Part shown: in pieces, positions 58,915 through 64,000 of the stretch
Position numbering within the stretch: position 1 is the first letter of the stretch
Layout of the letters: the number at the start of each line of letters is the position of its first letter
DNA from: the human T2T-CHM13v2.0 reference genome, Homo sapiens
Assembly: GCF_009914755.1 (NCBI RefSeq)
Contig: NC_060934.1
DNA: 64,000 nt
Strand: one strand, 5' to 3'
Notes under the pieces: model-generated
The model's input: the letters and a program-made list of their open reading frames with translations, nothing else
The model's database searches: none
Told to the model about the DNA's origin: nothing
Made by a program: the position numbers and the translations under genes

Positions 58915-59290
58915 GGCTTAGTCTGTGCAGTAAGAAGCTTTGGACTGCATGTAACAGAAATCCCACTTCAGACTGGCTTCAGCAAGGAGATACCATAGTT
59001 CTCACATTCCAGTTCCTAAGGAGTAGGCTTCAGGTCTCGAACCCTGGGTCCAGCTGTTCCTCTGTTCCTCCCTTTATTCTGCCATATCCTGAGTGTTGGC
59101 CTCACTCTCAGATTGGTGGCAAAATGTAGCCAAAGCCATTCCCGAGTGTCATCAGACAGCCCTTCAATAGGTTTCATCACGCACCTCATTGGCCAGGCTT
59201 GGTCACATCCATTCTTTGACCAGTCACTGGCCAGCAGAAAGTAATGAACTAAAATTAGAATTTGGGGCCACATGGATATTGAGAAGCTCA
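58915..59290 (-). mobile_element. Old MaLR LTR (MLT1J/K/L-like)
   Basis: ttggactgcatgtaacagaaatcccacttcagactggctt...cattggccaggcttggtcacat. Confidence 0.55.
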
Positions 59291-59961
59291 TGGCCGTGAC
59301 CACTTTAGCCTGCTTGACTCTCCTATAGCATGCCCCTTCCTTATGGGTATTGATGCTTTTCATCTCTTTCTGCACTGACTGGCCCCACACTCCTGTGCTT
59401 TTGGGATGATTGTATCTGGCTTGTTACAGCTTCTCTAGCTCTCTTTGTCACTGTGAGCTGCTCCTTCTGGTTTCTATTAGTGTACTTATTCCCATTCCTT
59501 CTCTGGTTGCTTAATTGTCTGTTGCTTAGCTGCTGTGCCCTGGGAAAATGAAAAAAAAATCACCTTATTAGAGATTTTTATAAAAATTTAAAAATAGACT
59601 AATAATAATGGCATAGTGGTCTCTTCTAAGAAAAAAACAAGTAAGTCTTAGTGCATGCATCTTGGATCACCACTTTTTGCTGTTCAGATTCATTGTTGCA
59701 CATTTACTGCTTCAGCTCTAGTTTCCTAATAGTTAAGACTGGTTCGTGAGTCATTTCCAATTGCAAGTATTTCATGTTACATAAAAGAGTATATAATTCT
59801 TTTATGTTTTTCAAAGCTATTATGAAATTAGCTGAATGAGAATTTTTATCATTTTTAAAGAGATCCTTGCTAAGAAAGCCTTGTAGTTGTACATACTAGG
59901 TTTGCTGTTTGCTGATTTTTTTTAAAAAATGTTAAAATTCATATGTGACAATAAATACATG

Positions 59962-60386
59962 TGTATTAGGCCGTTCTCAGATTGCTATAAAAATATCTGC
60001 GACTGGTAATTTATAAAGAAAAGAGGTTTAATTGGCTCATGGCTCTGCAGGCTGCACAGAAAGTATAGTGGTTTCTGCTTTTGGGGAAGCCCCAGGAAGC
60101 TTCGAATCATAGCGGAAGATAAAAGGGGAGCAGGCATCTTACATGACAGGAGCAGAGACAAGAGAAAGCAAGCGGGGAGATGCTACACACTAAAATTACC
60201 TAAGAACTCACTCACTCCTAAGAACTCACTCACTTTCATGAGAACGGCACCAAGGGGATGGTGCTGAACCATTCATGGGAAATCTACCTGCATGATCCAA
60301 TCACTTCTCACCAGGCCCCACCTCCAACACTGAGGGTTACAATTAGATGTGAGATTTGGGCAGGGACACAGATCCAAACTATATCA
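59962..60386 (-). mobile_element. MST (MSTA/B) solo LTR
   Basis: tgtattaggccgttctc...aagaaaagaggtttaattggctca...gagatttgggcagggacacagatccaaactatatca; contains an 18-bp tandem duplication at 60199-60234. Confidence 0.88.
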
Positions 60387-62445
60387 CCTTGGTAACCCTA
60401 AACTTTGCTTCTTATGTATTTTTTTTAACAAGATTTGATAATTCCTATGTGCTTTCTCTTTCCAAAATGGTAAAAAGTTCTATCACCTAAATGTTTAACT
60501 TTGAATGTTATTTCTGTATATATTTTTCATTGTGTTATTAATTTTAATTTTTCCTTCTGTGAATTTTAAATTCTATTTAATTAACAATTTTCTATATTTC
60601 TTATGCTTAACTTTTAAATCATGCATTGCCTTTTATCTTTTTCAAAAGATATTATCCAAGGTATTTTTACAATGGTGTTAGATTTTTCAGTAGTGGGAGA
60701 TAATGTTAAAAGATGGTCAAGATTTTGATTGGCAGACTGGATAACTTAGCAGAGTCTCTCAAATTTTACCCCTAAATATCCCTAAAGGCAAAAGAGAATG
60801 AAGGATTAATTCTATAATTTGGGTGGCTAGCCCTAAATGGTCCCAGAAAGTCCACTACAATCTCTTTAAGCCGTTCTGTTTCAACTTAAAACTTCATGTA
60901 CATTTTTTATTTCCCTCCATAATAGGTGTGTAATTATTTTAATGTGAGTTATGCTTTAATTAATTGTCATTGAGTTAACTGATATACCAGGAAGACATGC
61001 CATGTGTAACTCTTGACTTTGCCTTCATATTATCCCATTTGCAGGAGGACTTGTATATCTGGTCCATGACTCTGGCTTTGTCTTAAGCCCTCCCAGTCCA
61101 AGCCTGCCAGCTGCTTGAAGTCATTGGTTCTACCTTAGTTCTACACAGAGGGAGCCTCCCTACACCCAAAACTTTATGACAACCTTTCATACAAGGTGCC
61201 TCCCCTCTGGCCTGCCTATGTCATGGGTTCTCTTTCCTTTCATGTCTTCAACTACACCACTTCTGTGTTTTTAGCAGTTTTCTTCCCTTCTAAACCACAT
61301 ATGGACTCTTGTCATCCTGCCTTCAGCACCCTGGTATAGTTGGCTCAGCCTATGCTGTGGAGCAGGACCTAAAAACTGAAGATTTTAATAAAACAGTGTG
61401 ACTGATTCAGAGTCTTAATGGAAGTTTGCTCCAAGAGTGGTCTGTGAGAAAAGTTTAAGTGGGAACTACAGAGACAAGGCCACCAGTTAGAATGCACATA
61501 GAAGGCAGTTTCAGCAGAAAGACTGGCATGATTTGATGTTATTGTTTAAGGAATACACAGAAACCATGACCTATGTCTTGAATTATACTTCCCCCATCCT
61601 TTACAGGCTGTGATGTGGGTGAATGCTGATTCATGTGAAATTTCAGTTATTTTCCTGAGGGTAACATTATGATTGCATTCATGTATCAGATCTATGAGAA
61701 TATGACATAATTAAATATTACACAGAAAATGAGCTACTTGCCCCCTTCCTTCCAAGTAGAATAAAATATGGAATGCTGTAGTTAATGGAATAATTAATGT
61801 CCACTACTGATGACAGTGAATTCTTTGGCTCAGAACAACACATGTCATTTTGCTTACATGCATGGCTTGTTTATTCCTTGAACTTTTGACTTACAGAGAC
61901 TAGCATTTTACTGTAATAAACACTTGGTTACATCTGTTATAAATTGAGCACAATTGGTTTTTCCAAGAATAGTAGCGTTCCAATTCTAGACCAAAATTAT
62001 AAGCAGCTGTCTGCTAATAGATATGTATACCAACTTCCACCTTTGTGCCCTCTTGTTTAAAAAGGTTGTCTATACCTTAGAAATCAAGTTAAACTTGATG
62101 TAATTTCTTAATTTGAAAACTATGCTTTATGATTTTGTGTTCTTTCCCCCTTTCCTCACTCAAAAAGGGACCATTCTGTATGGAAAGAAAATAGTGTTTT
62201 ATGGTGTTTGCAACTTTTTTCTTCCTACGATTTTAAGGAAGTATTTCTCTTAATTTTTTCTACCATTTGAACTAAATTTAACTTTCAGTCTTTCTAAGTT
62301 CTCATGGGGTTTTAAATTCATCTTTTTACAGTTTTCTTAGTGGTTACTTTTCTGTAGTATTAACCTCTATAAAGTTTCTAGGATTTGGGGGAGAGTAAAA
62401 CTAATTTGTTTGTAAAAAGTAAGCCTAGTATTTGAGCATGAGTTT

Positions 62446-62933
62446 GGTTTTTTTTTTTTTAGACAAATCATATTTTTTATTTGAAACTTCAGATTACATG
62501 TTTATTTTATTTATTTTATTTTTTATTATACTTTAAGTTTTAGGGTACGATGGATTAAAGACTTAAATGTTAGACCTAAAACCATAGAAACCCTAGAAGA
62601 AAACTTAGGCAATACCATTCAGGACATAGGCATGGGCAAGGACTTCAAGTCTAAAACACCAAACACAATGGCAACAAAAGCCAAAATTGACAAATGGGAT
62701 CTAATTAAACTAAAGAGCTTCTGCACAGCAAAAGAAACTACCATCAGAGTGAACAGGCAACCTACAGAATGGGAGAAAATTTTTGCAATCTACTCATCTG
62801 ACAAAGGGCTAATATCCAGAATCTACAAAGAACTCAAATTTACAAGAAAAAAACAAACAACCCCATCAACAAGTGGGCAAAGGATATGAACAGACACTTC
62901 TCAAAAGAAGACATTTATGCAGCCAAAAGACAC
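62446..62933 (-). mobile_element. Short young L1 (L1PA2-4 type) with 5' inversion, internal deletion and 3' transduction
   Basis: 14-bp TSD ttgagcatgagttt at 62432-62445 and 62934-62947 encloses poly(T), 40 bp of non-L1 sequence, the antisense L1 3' terminus (62501-62548) and a sense ORF2 piece (62549-62933). Confidence 0.88.
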
Positions 62934-63123
62934 TTGAGCATGAGTTTTGCATTTTCTTACTAACTCTCTTAAATTACAAAGGAAATGTAATTCACATATG
63001 AAAATCTTGGCATATATAGAAAAGTAAAGAATTTCTTGTGAGCTTACCAGAATCTCAATACTGCTATGATAATTTTAGGATATTTAATTCCATGCCATTT
63101 CCATGCCATTTGTATAGGCCTCT

Positions 63124-63394
63124 TTTTTTTTTTTTTTTTTTTTTTTTTGAGACAGAGTCTTGCTCTGTCACCCAGGCTGGAGTGCAGTGGCATGATCTTG
63201 GCTCACTGCAAGCTCTGCCTCCCAGGTTCACGCCATTCTCCTGCCTCAGCCTCCTGAGTAGCTGGGACTGCAGTTGCCTGCCACCAAGCCTGGCTGCTTT
63301 TTTTGTATTTTTTTTAGTAGAGACAGGGTTTCACCATGTTAGTCAGGAAGGTCTCGATCTCCTAACCTTGCGATCCACCCCTCTCGGCCTCCCA
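63124..63394 (-). mobile_element. AluY, 5'-truncated
   Basis: gcaagctctgcctcccaggttcacgccattctcc; long poly(T); TSD aggc(c/a)tcttt. Confidence 0.9.
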
Positions 63395-63421
63395 GGCATC
63401 TTTCTAAAAATAAAATTGTTA

Positions 63422-63720
<299 letters not shown>

Positions 63721-63794
63721 GTTGTTATGATGCACATACATAGTTATATTTTTTTCATTTAATATTTTTAACGTTGCTTTTCAAAAAATAGACA

Positions 63795-64000
63795 TTTTAA
63801 AATTACACTTTAAGTTCTGGGGATACATGTGCAGAACGTGCAGTTTTGTTACATAGGTATACATGTGCCATGGTGGTTTGCTGCACTCATCAACCTATCA
63901 TCTACATTAGGTATTTCTCCTGATGCTATCCCTCCTCTAGACCCCCCACCTCCCGATGGGCCCTTGTGTGTGATGTTCCCCTCTCTGTGTCCATGTGTTC
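63795..64000 (-). mobile_element. L1PA7/8-type 3' end, running off the window
   Basis: actttaagttctggggatacatgtgcagaacgtgcag...gccatggtggtttgctgcac. Confidence 0.85.

Noticed and set aside
60199-60234. Short tandem duplications (here, and at ~21712, ~24044, ~26984, ~63088)
   Set aside because: Ordinary two-copy slippage duplications, several inside repeats; no spacer structure, not CRISPR-like.
61322-61342. REST/RE1-like site TTCAGCACC
   Set aside because: Only the left half matches; the right half (GGACAG) is absent.

Overview
This is primate, very probably human, genomic DNA, and no intact host protein-coding exon is recognisable in it. The left half (1-24 kb) is mostly nested retrotransposons: a full-length but dead minus-strand L1PA4-6-type LINE-1 (2568-8711, 15-bp target-site duplication (TSD), open antisense ORF0), and an old L1M carrying younger Alu and L1PA insertions. 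A CpG-island promoter lies at about 29.6-32.4 kb. It has a perfect CRE, a Z-DNA-prone tract, G-rich tracts and strong + strand splice donors, which mark a probably non-coding first exon. The remaining 32 kb looks like a long, repeat-rich first intron. I cannot identify the gene from the sequence; PLCE1 is only an unverified guess from remembered locus layout. Nearly all ORF-track entries come from L1, Alu, microsatellites or CpG-island GC bias. I found no convincing new biological system. The best-supported oddities are: a ~490-bp L1 insertion combining a 5' inversion, a large internal deletion and a 40-bp 3' transduction (62.4-62.9 kb); a split 40-bp fold-back palindrome (48.4-48.6 kb); a locally templated 18-bp insertion in L1 ORF1; a tailless Alu fragment; a closely spaced inverted Alu pair; and a MADE1/miR-548-type hairpin. 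More speculatively, several minus-strand exon-like units survive in the unique slivers upstream of the promoter. Repeat subfamily calls are from recalled consensus sequences, and boundaries of old repeats are approximate.
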